Part shown: positions 11,547 to 25,337 of the stretch, in pieces
Numbering within the stretch: the first letter of the stretch is position 1
Layout: each line of letters opens with the position of its first letter
Origin: Saccostrea echinata
Lineage: Eukaryota
Reading direction: 5' to 3'
Assembly: GCF_033153115.1 (NCBI RefSeq)
Contig: NW_026889764.1
Coordinates: 4,340,001 to 4,404,000, forward strand
Length of the DNA stretch: 64,000 bases
The notes under the pieces: model-generated
What the model was told of the DNA's origin: nothing
What the model saw: only the letters and a program-made list of their open reading frames with translations
Database searches by the model: none
Position numbers and translations under genes: made by a program

Positions 11547-13310
11547 AGAGGCTCAAGGGCCTTACCGGTCACCTGAGTATAATGCAACATATATAATATA
11601 ATTTACTTAGGCAAAATATGTATGAAAGTATACAACAACATTGTAAACAAATTTTACTTCTTGATAACATGAACAAATTAATATGGATATTGAATTGTGA
11701 AAATTATGATGTTCTTAAATCTCTTTGTGAATTGATCAAGGGAGAAATATAATGTGTCTTCTACATGTATATAGAATTTAAAAATTGTATACTTTTAACA
11801 CTCAATAAATGTTAGTTTGGTCATAAGATATGCAAACATGGTGACTTATAAAGTACCAATGCACTGTCCCGTGGTATCTTTTGCAATTTAGTGGAATATA
11901 TCTATTCAGTTTATATTTTTGTATATGTATATCTCTGGCTTTTTTGCATTATGGTACACGGTGGTACTTGTTTATACTTTACAATGTGTATTTCAAATTG
12001 TACATGTTAGCAATTATATCAACTTATGAACCAAGAGTAAATTGACTAAGTATATGTATTAAGAAAATGCTGAATATTACTATTATCACATTTTTTGAAG
12101 AATTATTATATTTATGTTCTGTTTAACAATCATGTATGTAATATGCTCAAAAGGGCCCCGATTTGGAATAATAAATAAATATATTGTTCTAATTGTTCTA
12201 ATATAAAAAATGAAATAAAACAATGTAAACTGAGAGGTGAATATGTGTTGCCCGAAAGCAAGAGAAATAGGAAAATCAGAGATTAACAAAATAGTATAGT
12301 AGTCAGTAATAAATCATAAAGTAGATCTATTTACGTGCCAGTACTAATACACTCCCATTTGTCGCTATCAATATACAGAATAAACAATGTAATAGTGATT
12401 GACCCTTCACATTCCTTCACACATTGACCTCTCTTGATCTTAGAAGAATATGAAATGAGATAAAAATAAAGAATTAATGCATTTTCACTAAATAATTGAA
12501 AGAGCCCCTCCCTAACACCAAACCCTCTGAATCAAGGACCTTGGGTTTCACAAGTTTATCTGCTAAATCCAGGAGCAGAGAAGATTTTCCAAAAATAAAT
12601 ACATTTTCACTACATTATCAATAGAGCCCCACCCTAACATTAGAACCCTTAATCCGGAGGCCATGAATTTTACAATTTTGGAAAAGACACCCTTGCTTAT
12701 ACATGTAATAACCATGCACAGTTTGTCTGCTTGATACCCAGGAGCAGAGAAGATTTTCAAATAAATAACGCATTTTCAATATTTGATCACTTGAATTCAA
12801 TCCTAACACCAGTACCCCTGACCCAGGAGCCATGAATTACAAAATTTTGGAAGAGACACCCTTTCTCATAATAACCATACACTTAATTAATTTGTCTGTT
12901 CAATATACCACGGGAGATAAGAAGCATTTGAAAGAATGTATGCATTTTCACTGTATGGTCAATAAAGCCTCATCCTTACTCCAGAACCCCTGACCCAGGG
13001 GCCATGAATTTCACAAATTGGTAGAGAGCTTAATGCGTATTATAATCATGCTAACGATTTGATTGCTTTGTGTCTACGACTAAAAAAGAAAATTTTAAAG
13101 ATAGCATTAATTTTTATGGTTTTATCTCCACCCCTAAAGCCCTGAAGAGGGAGAGGGGCCATTAAATTCTTAAATTTTGTACCCCTTACCAATATATGCC
13201 ATATTCCAAAATTGGTTGGTTCATCGGTTCCAGAGAAGAGGTTAAATGTTTAATGCACGAAGGGCGAAAACGGATAACAATAGGTCACCTGAGTAACTCA
13301 GGTGACCAAA
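11547..13310 (-). mobile_element. Helentron/HINE-type element with degenerate ~170-bp internal repeats
   Basis: GGTCACCTGAGTAACTCAGGTGACC palindrome at 13283-13307. Matching subTIR GGTCACCTGAGTA and hairpin AGAGGCTCAAGGGCCT at 11547-11579. Repeated ACCCCTGACCCAGG.GCCATGAATT units across 12500-13180. Confidence 0.8.
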
Positions 13311-14912
13311 CGAACAAGAAAAAGTACCATTTACAATTGGATATAAAATTCAGAGGAATTATCTCAGTGCTAATTGATCAATATAATACCTGTAAAATTT
13401 TATCCTGCCTATTCTCAGCAAGTTTTGTACGCACTCATCTTTTTACGTTTAAAACAACCACCGCGTTATTACTTATATCATTTTCGTAACATTGAGTTGA
13501 CATTGCACAATTCATGTATGCATGAATGATTACCTTGTCTCCTTAGATGGGTTACAAATGGTGGTTATTTATTCATTTATTGTTATTCGTTTTAAGAATG
13601 GAAAAAGGTAGGTATATATGGCATGTATATGGTTACATGTATATAGAGGTCTGCCGATCTCTTCTTCACAAATTCAGATGGAAAGATTTCTAAAGATTTG
13701 AAGCTGGAAACAAAATGATGATCAAATAAGAAATGTTGCACATTCTTATCACAATGAATGATTTTTTTGCAGATCTAGATTTATTAGTTATGCCAGCATG
13801 TTTTTATTTTTAGGTTTACAAACCCGCCGCTCGAGTTTTTTAATTTTCAGAAAAAAAATTGAGAAAAACGGATTTTTTTTTCTTTCCCGATGTCGAATTT
13901 GAGTCGGGGTCGAGATTTCAAATTTACTAACTCATACATCCGGTTTAAGATAAACATGGCGGGTAAATAAAGGTAGACCTGCATAGTCTATAGCAGCATC
14001 ATAGCTTGGTTTATTGTAAAAATTATCGATAGGAGTGCCATTCAAAACGTTTCACCCGTTCAGAGGACAAATAAAATGCTGACAACTTTGCTGCACAATG
14101 ACATGTTGGTGATATAATTATGTATCCGTATTCAAAAGTAACTGCATGTAAATTATTTCCTCCCACAGGTTAAAAACTCCCATGGTAGCTATAGCCAGAG
14201 ACATTATCTAGGTCTCTGTTATAGCCTAAAATCTAAGCAATATTCTTTAGAAAAGGATCGCTTATGCTTCAGATGTATTGAATAAAACTATGGGTGTAGT
14301 GAAGTCCATTTGAAGGTGAAATAAACAATAGCCTAAAAAATGAAATATTTCATTTATTAAAGAAAACAAATATATACTAATATATACAGGCATATGGTAT
14401 CGTTTTTGAATGTGGCAGCCAGAAAAATTATTTTACATTTAATTGAAGAGATTTTGACCCCCTCCCCAATACTCCCTGTCTGTTATATGATAGGAATATT
14501 TATTTAAGGTCTCGAGTATATATTTAAAAACATTTTCTACACATTCATGTAACACATATTTTAAAAAAAATGAAGATATACATATATTAAGAGAGTTTTA
14601 AAAAATTGATTTCTTTTTTTTTTAAATTTGTATTTTGACCAACATCTCAAAATTTATATCACTGCATGGCACCAACTGGAAGACGATGAAATAAACAATT
14701 TAAGGGTCTACCTTCCTATTTGTAACCATTGTGTGATCAGTGGCAAGGAGCCTGTTAAGAGAGTATCAAAAAAGAAGCAAAACTGAATGTGCAAAAGTCG
14801 ATAATTTATACCAAAAAATTATTTCATTATTTTTTTTATTTCCTCCTCCTCCGGGACTTTTTCATTCTGGTGTTCGTAAACCTAAAAATAAAAAAAAAAT
14901 GCTGGCCTTATA

Positions 14913-15126
14913 CAGGCCCGTAGGAAGCAATTTCAGTTTGGGGGGGGGGGGGGGGTTTACAACCAAACATTTTTCAGTTGACAGTTGAGGGGGCACTACC
15001 AAAAATTTCCTCACAAGCAGAAAAAAAAGTCATCAGACGTTTTCATTGAGGGGGCACAAGAATATAATATCTGTTTACTATAGTAATCTGTATATCGGCA
15101 AAATTTTTGGGGTTCCTACGGCCATG
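14913..15126. mobile_element. Short MITE with G-tract, same family as 59174..59460
   Basis: CAGGCCCGTAGGAAGC...TTCCTACGGCCATG, flanked by TTATA/TTATG (5-bp TSD, 1 mismatch). Confidence 0.7.
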
Positions 15127-15825
15127 TTATGATTGTTTTGAAAAAAGGTCATATTTAATAAAAAGGTCAAATTACGCCAAATCCGGCTCAAGTGGATGTA
15201 TTATGATGGTAAAAGAAAAAAAAGCGTTTGTGTTTAACAGCTTTGTAAATCGCCAAAAAGATCTCTTTTTTGTCTGTTCACTTGAATTTAATCCCATTTA
15301 TTTTACAGTTAAGAGTTAAAGCTTCCCTGCCTTAAACATACTGATTCGCCTTGTAAGTTTAATACAAAAAGCACTAATGTTAGTTTTTGCCTTATCTGTT
15401 TTCTTTAATTTCATATTTCGCTTGAATAATAGAACTTTTAAAATTAGTTGCCATAAACACTGTAAGAATCTACGATGCACATATTATACACAACAAACGC
15501 GTTTGATCAAAAAGTAACAAAATAATAGTACAGATTTTGAGTGCTTCCGCAATACGAGAATTCGATTTCTGACGTGTGAAGGTATAATGATACTGAGAAG
15601 CGCTTTCCAGAGATAAGGAAATCTTTACATTCAATTTAAATAAAACTGGACTTACCTTTTTTCTGACTTCCGGAAAAAAAGCTATTAAACTCTCACAATT
15701 CTAGAGTTTATGAATAAGAATTTAGCTTTGGAAAACGCTTTTTCTTACGTTATGTCCAGATAATCTACATTATACCCTGAACGTGTTTATTTATGACATC
15801 GGATAATCTTTTCATGAATTGGAAA

Positions 15826-16140
15826 TTGATTGATCAATTGACTGTCGTTTGACTTCACGTTCGGGAATTTTTCACCCATATACACCATATGGAGACGTTA
15901 GCATATACCGGCGAAGGGCTTCAAATTTAAACCTTTACTCGGGGTCATTGAGCAGTGAGGGATTTTTATCGTGCTAACGCCTGCTTTGATATGGTGTCTC
16001 GGGTTTTAAGGTTTCATCCAAAAGACATGCAACTTTCACTTCAAAGTGCCGCGCGCTTGGCGAGGGAACAGTTGCAACATATTTTTATTGACTTGAGCCA
16101 GTCGTGGCCGGGGTTTGATCCCACGACCATCCGATCACGG
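15826..16140 (-). mobile_element. tRNA-derived SINE, diverged and 5'-truncated
   Basis: Reverse complement matches the 63080 SINE body (GCAGTGAGGGAT.., CAACTTTCACTTCAAAG..) and has an (ATTG)n tail. Confidence 0.85.
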
Positions 16141-16313
16141 AATATGAAATTGAGGATTGTAGTAACCAAATATGAGATCTTTTCTTTGCAGCAATAAATA
16201 AAATACTGAAATCAATATATCATTAAATTAAAAATATCACACAATACATGTTTAAATGACATAAGTTTTATCGTGAGTGTTTTGTGTCATTGTTACCGTT
16301 CATGGTTAATATA

Positions 16314-17407
16314 CGAGGGTTGTCCCAGAAAAATGCGAACTATTTGAATATTTCAAAAACTATTCGACCAAAATAAATCATTTTCTGCATCTTTTCTGGG
16401 AAATGAAAGTTTTGCTATTTTGACATGTACAAAATATTATAATGTTGCAATGTCATAGGTACGTAAAAATAGTTTTTGAAGGGTATCAAAAATCAGTGCT
16501 CGGCGCACCAAATTTTTTGAGTTTTAGAAATAGCATTGTCAGTGAAGTTCGCTTTCTTACCAGGCTATACGGAGATATAATGTGAAAAAATTAACTCCAT
16601 AAAAACTCTATGATCTGAAGTACTCATGTGTAAAATATCATTAATTTAGCATCACAAGTGACAAAAATATGACGTTAGATGCAAAAACACCTTTAATTAG
16701 ATTTAATTAAAATAGTGACGTCGGGCGAGAATGCGGAGCACCAAATAATCAAGCAGTACTGTTGAGCGGGATATGACTCCTGTCCATACTGGAAAAGATA
16801 TGTAAATCATGAAACGACACAAACATATATCCCGAACACAGATTTATACCTAGTTCAAGAGGTTCAAGGATAGCTTGACTGGTTATTCGATGGAAGAAGC
16901 GTCTGGTAGACCAACAAACTGAAAAAAAAAAACAACAGAAGCTGGACATCATACGTGGCGCCGACAGCCGTTTAACTAAGCGCAGTTAGGTAAACTTATG
17001 ACCTGGGATGGGAAATTGTTAACGTTTATTAAAAGAATTAATTCCGTGATCTTATGGAAATTAATTTCTAAAATTAATAACTTAGTGAATATGTAACTGA
17101 AGGAAAATTAAATACAGTGTCGAATTTATGCTTCAAACGAATTTTATCAGACGCACGATTCCATAATAAATACACAAACGCCATGAGTTACGTTTTTGAC
17201 GTCGTCAGTATTGCGCATACAGTTATTTTGTAAGACTTGTTTACTCGAGAGAAAAAATGTTATTTATATAGATATTTTATTGAAATTTTTATGCATTATT
17301 CAATAAATATTGATTATGGTGTATGCCATATTTTTTTAAACTTTATAGTTACTGTATTAGTAAAACAAAAGATATTGAACATGTTTGCGTTTTCTGGGAC
17401 ACCCTCG
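16314..17407. mobile_element. Tc1/mariner-type non-autonomous element
   Basis: TA|CGAGGGTTGTCCCAGAAAAATGCGAAC...GTTTGCGTTTTCTGGGACACCCTCG|TA; TA TSD. Confidence 0.85.
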
Positions 17408-17804
17408 TATAGTGCTTAATTTAAAAAAAAACATCGACATCATTAGTGGATGTAAGGTCATTTACTAGTTTCTATTAGAGATATATTTGAAGATTCCTTC
17501 TCCGATCCCATGTGTTCTGTTTCTGTCAAAAACTGTAAAACTGTGATGTTTTGATTACGAGCTCTTCATTTACAAGTAATGGACAGAGCTTCTATACCAA
17601 AACCGAAAATCTGAACTGCAAATCTTCTAGTGCTGTCTACGGAATAGAATGTACCTGCCACATTAAAATCTACATCTGTATAAATGGTCTATTATAATAT
17701 TCGAACACGCAAGCAAAATTCTATTCCCCTGTGGTGAGCCTCCGTTTTTCACTATGTATATATTTAGCCCCTTTTATGCCTCAAATCACTGGACCTTTAA
17801 GTAA

Positions 17805-17909
17805 AGGTTATAGGCCTCAAACTGTGAGAAGAAAGAACTGTTAGAGGGCCGTTAGGCCCGACAATAGTTCTTTCTTCTCACAGAATGGACAGTTTGAGGC
17901 CTATAACCT
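17805..17909. repeat. 105-bp fold-back palindrome
   Basis: Nested arms AGGTTATAGGCCTCAAACTGT / ACAGTTTGAGGCCTATAACCT and CTGTGAGAAGAAAGAACT / AGTTCTTTCTTCTCACAG. Confidence 0.9.
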
Positions 17910-20539
17910 ACTCAAAACATTTACACTAGTGTGTTCACAATGTACCCTCATAGAATTGTTTCTCATTCATTATAGTAAGTAAGCATTGTCTACTTTTTGG
18001 ACTGTCTCAGGTAAAGGTTGTTGACAATCAAAAGAAACTTACATTCATTGTAATTGTTAACTTAGTAGACACCTACAGGTAAGTGCTATTTTTTTTTTAA
18101 ATAACTGAATAAAGAATATTTAACCACAAGGCACGAGATTCGAAAACCATTATCTTGTGATCGCAATGTTGAAAGCATGTCTTCTTCTGAGAGATCTAGA
18201 GGAAGCATATTTCTGATGCAAAACAAATTTAGATATGACGAGCAATTTACTAATAATATAGATGTCATTTTCAAGGGATATTTTGGATTTTGAACTTGGG
18301 TTTGTCAAGATAATGAACTTTGAACACAAAGTGGACTTTTTTTCAAATATTTCTCAACTTTTGGTCAAGGCTTCCCTTAACTGACAGAGAGAATGTTACA
18401 TAGCACCCAACGTTGATGTTTTCATGCTTACGATGTTGGGTGATAAAGAAATCATCAAAATTATTAACTTTTTCATCGCTAAGTCAGAAACAAACCGGTC
18501 AAAGTCTACTGACCAAACACCCTTGCATTCCTATAATTGAAGAAACGATGTGCTCCTGCAGAAAGTGAGCAAAATTGTTCAGAGTTCTAGTGAGAAAGAA
18601 GAAGCGACTGATTCTTGCCAGAAGGCATTAAAAAAGGAGAGTGATATCCACGAGCGTGTTGTTGGTGCAATTAACATTCCAATAAAATTCAGAGATATTT
18701 GACTCTAATTTACGTTTTGACATTCATTGTGATTTGGAATATACATTTCGTCATTTATTGGAACAATAACAAAGTGTCAGTTTTGTTTCTGCTACTTGTA
18801 ATATATATTGCATTTCATTATGAAGCATGTTGGATCCATTACTTTAAATATTTATTTTTGTCTTTGTTGCTTTTTCTTAATCCAGTACCTTACCTGTAGC
18901 CGTCCAATAAGTTGTCCATTATTTTTAATAATGGACAGATTTTTAAAAACTTTTTGGACGGTTCCAAGTAACTTATTGGACTGTCTTTGGCCTTTCGAGA
19001 AATAGAAGGTATTAAAAGAACAAAAGATGATGTCATACTAATGTTTTAAAAGTAATGTTGAGTCCGTGCGGCAGATGGACACGGCAATCCTCATAAAGAA
19101 GGACGTTTTTATACTTCTCTAGAGATTTTAGTAAATTTTGCAATAGAATGGTCGTGGCAGACTTCAACACAGTTTACCTGATATTGCTAATATGTATGGT
19201 CCCACTTTTCTGAGGTAAGCCTTGTTTTTTATTTTTTCATTAAAATAAAAATGCTGTAAAATCTTCAAACAACCAGTTTCGGAATTTCTCAACATAGTCA
19301 GTCTTAACTGCTTTGCTTTTTGAGATTAATTATTTTTATATTTCTGTATACGTTATTTATATGTATAGTTGGTCAAAAGTGTTCGAGTAATGATTGTACG
19401 GTGTCCCGTTCGTGTCTTTTAGTATGTCCTCTGTTCTGTAATATCTGTTATAAAGTGTAAAGTAAACTAAGGTATAATATATTGTAGTAAAGCATCTTTA
19501 TGCTATTTGTACGCTATATGTACATGTGTAATATGCATTGTATAACTTACAATGTGTAAAGAGTATGTCTACCCTGATATTATATTGTGCATAGGTAATT
19601 AACACATCCTGTGTGGTAGATGTCCCAGTACCAGATACGGTCACATATAGAGTCTTGGGTGCAAGACGTATACCTTTTTTGTGTGTGTAGGCCTCCACAG
19701 CAGTAGGACAGAAGTATATATTTCCATACCAGTCCGGAAACTAATTATATCATAGTTAAGGACAACCGTCATCGCCAAGTTGAACACTGACAGCTACCCA
19801 ACTCAATCCATTTTGTGTTGTATATTTTGGTTTATTAAATGTAAATGTTTTAAGAGTCATTCTCTGTAAGCATCAAAGAATTTAGAAAAAAGTTGGAAAT
19901 GGTACATCACAGATTTGGCTGATATTTTGCATGTAATGTAGAAACACCATGTATAGATCATATTTGGGGTCAACAGACAAATTTGAGTACCGGTTGCCAT
20001 GGTTACCGAAACCGCCATTTTTAGCTCATAAATGAGCACCATTCTACTAAAATTATACCAACTTCATCTTAATTTTTTATTTTCTACACATTTCATACAG
20101 GATTAACAATTACCTATTCTGATGTACTATTTATAGAAGTAACTACCGCAATTAGTGTATCAATTCATTAGTTGGTCATGAATGAATGATCTTTCAATGA
20201 AAAGTGTCAATTTTTACAAATTTAACAAATTTTAAAAAATGCAGATTTTGGGCATTTTCTACAAATGATAGCAAAAAAATGCAGGCACTCCATAGCAAAT
20301 AACCACCCTCATGTAAAAGTTCATTCCATACTCAACAAAATATAAAATTTCTAGAGTGGTAATATTTCTTAAAATAAAATAAAATGAAAACAAAAATGGT
20401 TGCTATGGAGAATTTGGATTAATTTGTAGATTCCACATTTGACTGATTTTTTGAACATATCTGCTTTAATTAAATCATTAATGAAAAAATATCTCACTAA
20501 TTTACCTTTTCAATTACTTAACATTTAAACAAAATAGAA

Positions 20540-20970
20540 ATATAAAATTAAAAAAAAAAACACGTTGCTATGGCAACCAAATAGTTCAGGAACTATTCAA
20601 ATAATCATTAATATTAACAATATAAAATAACCATTGCCACATTGCATTATTATATTTCTTCTTCTGAATCAATAACTAAATCAAATTAATCAACTTTATC
20701 ATTTCACTTTAAGAAATTCATAATTTAAAAAAAAAACAGTTGCTATGGCAACCAAATAGTTCAGGAACAATCCCTATTATTATTGATATTATCAATGTAC
20801 ACATCATTGAATGTTATGTTTCTTCTTCAATAAAATAAATCATGCTAATGAACCTTGTCATTTCACTTGCATTTAAATAGAAATTCATTAAAAAAAAACA
20901 GTTGCTTTGGCAACCACATTTAATTTATCATAGTTCAGGAACAGTCCCTATTATATTGATATTATCAAAA
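20540..20970 (+). repeat. Three ~165-175-bp tandem units, each with a GTTGC(T/C)(A/T)TGGCAAC palindrome
   Basis: AAAAAAAC(A)GTTGCTATGGCAACC..ATAGTTCAGGAAC at 20564, 20739 and 20901. Confidence 0.8.
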
Positions 20971-21895
20971 TACAAAACTAGAGACTCAGTGCTTGATCAA
21001 CTTCTAATCATGCACTTACCCTCACATACACAGACAAACACTTAAATTAATAAAATACAAATATATCAAAATTACTGCAACAGGAGTGGTTTTGCACTAT
21101 GTTGTTTCCATGGAAACAAACAATAAATGGATGTATATTAAGCAAAAACTGCCCATATAAAATTCAGTGGAAATTCCCTTTACTTTCCTTTTTTGCAGTA
21201 GTATATATATAGTGTGACACCTCTCAACCCCCCCCCCCCCCCCAATTGAAAGTCAATATTAAGTGGGAGGGCAGTAAGGAGAATGGAACAACCAAAGATT
21301 AACATGACATATTACTAGTACCATATATAATTTGTCATGCTCATCTCTGTTGTTCCATTCTCCTTTCTGTCCTCTATCAGTTTACTTTTTTGCTCATGTA
21401 AAATGAAACTGTGGAAGATATAATTGTCTGTCATCATACACTGATTAAATTTATTTTGATAAACACAATTCAAACATTTCAAGATTTTGTGATGTTGACC
21501 CTCCCTATTCATTGCATTGCTATTACATTTACTAATGTTGATTATACTCATTTACTCTGACATTGACCTTGGCCTGATTTTGCATTGACCTTGCTACCTT
21601 GAATTTCATACAACTTGAAGACAGATCTTCAACCATGCTAATGTTCGACTCTAAAATCATTACTCATGATTTGACCTAACCTGATCTATTTTTCTACTGG
21701 CCAGAGACTACCCTACCTGTAGGTTTAGTCAGACTTCAATAAAACTTGGTACATGAGTTAACTAAATCAAAAATCATTTTATTTATAAGAAGCAAAATTT
21801 TGATTCAAGGAGCTAATTTTCTTCTTTTTTATTATTATTATAATAATAAACTAGTAGTCTTGTTAGAGACATATTGAACATGTATTTTGACTTTA

Positions 21896-22311
21896 GGCAA
21901 TAACAAAAAAATGATAGTCTTGTTTCCTGCTACCACCTTGAAAAAAAATAGGGTAGGTAGATAGGAAAATTATTTTATTTTTTCCAACGGCTTTTTTTTT
22001 TTGGGGGGGGGGGGGATATGAACTAATATAAGATCAAATTAAACTTGTCACAGGTCAATATTGTATTTCAAAATTTAATTTCATGTCTTTTGATGCACAA
22101 CTCAAGTGGTATTTTATGAAAGTCCATTTTGAAAGGTAGAATTTCATGAAATGCTTGTTTTGTGTTAACACGGAAACCGATTACTGTGATAGAATGATGA
22201 AATTCCGGAAAATCCCGATTTTTTTCTTCCAAAACTAAAACTTTAGGGTCAGGCGCAAAAAAAGGGTCAGACAGGTAGCAGGAAACAAGACTAATTATTA
22301 TTTTTTTGGCC
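21896..22311. mobile_element. MITE with 3-bp TTA TSD (Zator/PIF-like) nested in the 5.1-kb element
   Basis: TTA|GGCAATAACAAAAAAATGATAGTCTTGTTTCCTGCTACC...GGTAGCAGGAAACAAGACTA..TTTTTTGGCC|TTA. Confidence 0.75.
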
Positions 22312-25033
22312 TTAGTTAAAATTATTAAAGTTATGTTAAAGAAAACTACATATTCTTGCTGGCATGCCAAGAAACAAGAAACTGAACAATATGAAATGCT
22401 GACTTTAATGACAAATTACTCTCATGAACTAGAGGGTACTCTGTCTACCCAAACATTTTTTAACTTAATTGTCATACTCAATAAGATCAACAACAAAAAC
22501 CTGTATTAACATACTTGATAAATCTAACAAACTTATAAATTCATATTTTGCTCTAGTTGACGAATCATGAAATTTCACTGAGTAAAGATTTTGTTTAGTT
22601 GACTACTTAATACCAACATGTATTTACTAAATAATACAACTAAAACATCCTTCACTTCTAATTTAAGGCATCAAGTAGCATCCCTATTATGCTTATCGTC
22701 AATAATGGTTGCATAATTTCATGAAAAAAATTATTTTGTGAATCTTCAATACAAAAAACATCTCTCTTTTCATCTGTCCTGATTCAGCATTTTAAGATGA
22801 TTTCACTTGTGCAATATCACATAATGTCATTGCAAATTTTTTCTCGGTTTTGATTATTCCTCTGTAAAATCACCATATTAAGCATAAATTTCTCAGTTCC
22901 AAATAGTATTCCAGCAATTTTGTGCACTGTTTCCTAAAATAAAAAAACCCATATAGATCAATTAGCATTTACATACATAAACACTTTTAAAAAAAAGAAG
23001 AAAAAAAAAAAAAACAAGGGCCATTAAATGCAAATAATGCATGAGATATGATTTAGTCCCCCAGCCCCACGCCCTCAACATCATATAAAAATATTATGCA
23101 GTGAGATCCCTTCTGTTCTCCCAAAACAAAGTCAGGGGCAACAGTCGCAGCATACATTGACAAAAATCTGCATGCATCAATTTAATTGTATAAAAATATA
23201 GCTTCAATCATCCCCCTTTCTTCTCTATATTTTACACAAAAGCAAATCTTCACTACACTCTATGCACCAGATTATTTGAAGTTAAAATGAACATTTCAGC
23301 CTTTGCATTACCGAGATACAAAAAATTATATTTTGATTCTTTATATCAAATTTTATAAGGATATCTCATTAATTAAATTCCATTTGCAATTATATAATGT
23401 AATTAGAGATTATAAAACAAATTTCAAATTTCTAGTTTTTCTAATTTTACATAATTAGTTCTTAAATGAAATAGCACATGACACTAACCCCCCCCCCCAA
23501 AAAAAAAAAAAAAATAACAATTAACCAAACAAAAATAAGCCCTGAACACACTGAAATGTACACAACCTGCAATGTTGTGTTTTGTTTAGCAATGTGATGG
23601 TTTTACATGTGTTTACATTCTACCTGGATCAACATGTAAAACAGTCAATAATTGAATGAATGCAAGACAGTAACTAGTTAACCCCCCCCCCCCCCCTTAT
23701 GCGAACACACACTGACATTTGATGTAACTTTGAAACCAATGTAGATTTTGTCATATATGCTGTATGGTTAACATACTTTTCAACAACAGATATTTATTAT
23801 TATATGCAGTTTGAAACTTGACGATTATTAATTATTTTTTTAATAATTGAATTCAAATGTCATTGATGTTTCTTGGATACTTTGATGTTTCTTCTTATAG
23901 ATATTCATACACTTTTATTAATTAATTTACTTATAATTAACAAATATGCATGAGTTAAGAGTTAATATTGACATAGGTAAATAATTTTTACAGGTTTTTG
24001 TACTTTGATACTTGCCTAGTGATCTTATTACTGCCAGGTAGCTTTCAAATCAACATCACGGCCTTATCACCGAACGCAACTTAATTGTAGCTCTGGAATC
24101 CATGTAACTGATGTTGCTTTCTTATAAACATTTTGTTTCCAATGCTTCTATTGTTCTTGCAGTGCATCGGTAGGTGTCACACTTGGAATTTCAATGGGTG
24201 AAATCCATTTTCAGGCTTTTCACGACCAAACACATATATTTCTCAGACACAGTAAGGCCTGACCAAACATTTAACTTCCAGTAATATACGAAATACTATA
24301 CAAAGTGGGTTTAAAATGACTGAAAATATCCAAAACAGACAGAATCATGTTCTGCTCTCTACTTTCACTTTCATTTTCTTGAAATTTGGCTGAAGATTTC
24401 CGAAAAGGGAAACAACTCTTGGTGAAAAAGTATGTAATTTCAGAGATTTTTACAAACTTTACAATTGATTTATTTTCTTAAATCAAATATTACCACTCCA
24501 ATTTTTTGATATGTTCTTAATAATTGTTTAGGGTAAAATTAGGAGCATCAAAATATTCCACCAGTGCCTGCGTTTTTTGGCTACACTGTTATGTTTTCCC
24601 CACCTTTTGAATAGCATTTTTTGACATTACTTTGCATTTCTTGGCAGGTCCAAAATTTTTTTTTGCAGTTTTCTTGTTAAGAAAATACGATTCACAAATA
24701 GTTTTAAAGATAAACATTAATAAAAGTCATCGAAATTCATCAAATAAATATTAATGGGGTGAAATGACATTTGTTGTTATTTCCCACATATGTGCAAAAA
24801 TAGGTGACCTGTTGCCATGGAAACAATGCAAATTGATCATTTGCAATATTATTTTTTTAAAATGGGCTTGTAGTGTAATTATGTCACCAAGTTTAAACAA
24901 AATTGGTGAAAGTCTATTTCCAGCCCATTTTGATGCTTACAGAGAATGACTCTTAAAATTTGAAAGAACATTTGTTGTAAATAACCAACTAAAAGGGCAG
25001 TTTGGATCAACATCCTGAACGCTTGGTCATCAA

Positions 25034-25337
25034 GGTCAGATGATACGTTCCTCAAATGTCTGTTTTGTATACCTTCGAATTATTTGGAAAATATTCAAAA
25101 TTTTAATTACCTTCTGATTTCTAAACTGATTTCTAATTGTCTTTAAAAAATGAAACACCAAAAATTGTGTTATTGGCTAATTAAGTTTTTTCCAAAGGGA
25201 TTTTATAGGAAAAACATCCTCTGGTATCTTGCACATATGCCTGGTAAGGTACCTCAATTTTTTGCGAGTAAACATGTTAAAGTAGCAATACTTCAATGAC
25301 AAAAATTATATATTATTGAGGAACGTATCGTCTGTCC
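25034..25337. mobile_element. 304-bp TTAA-type (Kolobok-like) MITE
   Basis: TCAA|GGTCAGATGATACGTTCCTCAA...TTGAGGAACGTATCGTCTGTCC|TTAA. Confidence 0.75.

Larger units (their letters stand above)
19854..24952. mobile_element. 5.1-kb TTAA-flanked non-autonomous DNA transposon (Kolobok-like)
   Basis: TTAA|GAGTCATTCTCTGTAAGCATCAAA...TTTGATGCTTACAGAGAATGACTC|TTAA; perfect 24-bp TIR. Confidence 0.88.

Noticed and set aside
13645-13985. Possible hAT-like MITE (AGAGGTCTGCC / GGTAGACCT)
   Set aside because: The TIR match is short and imperfect and no TSD was found.
19857-24949. Two ORFs both ending FDAYRE
   Set aside because: They simply read through the two arms of the TIR; they are not paralogous genes.
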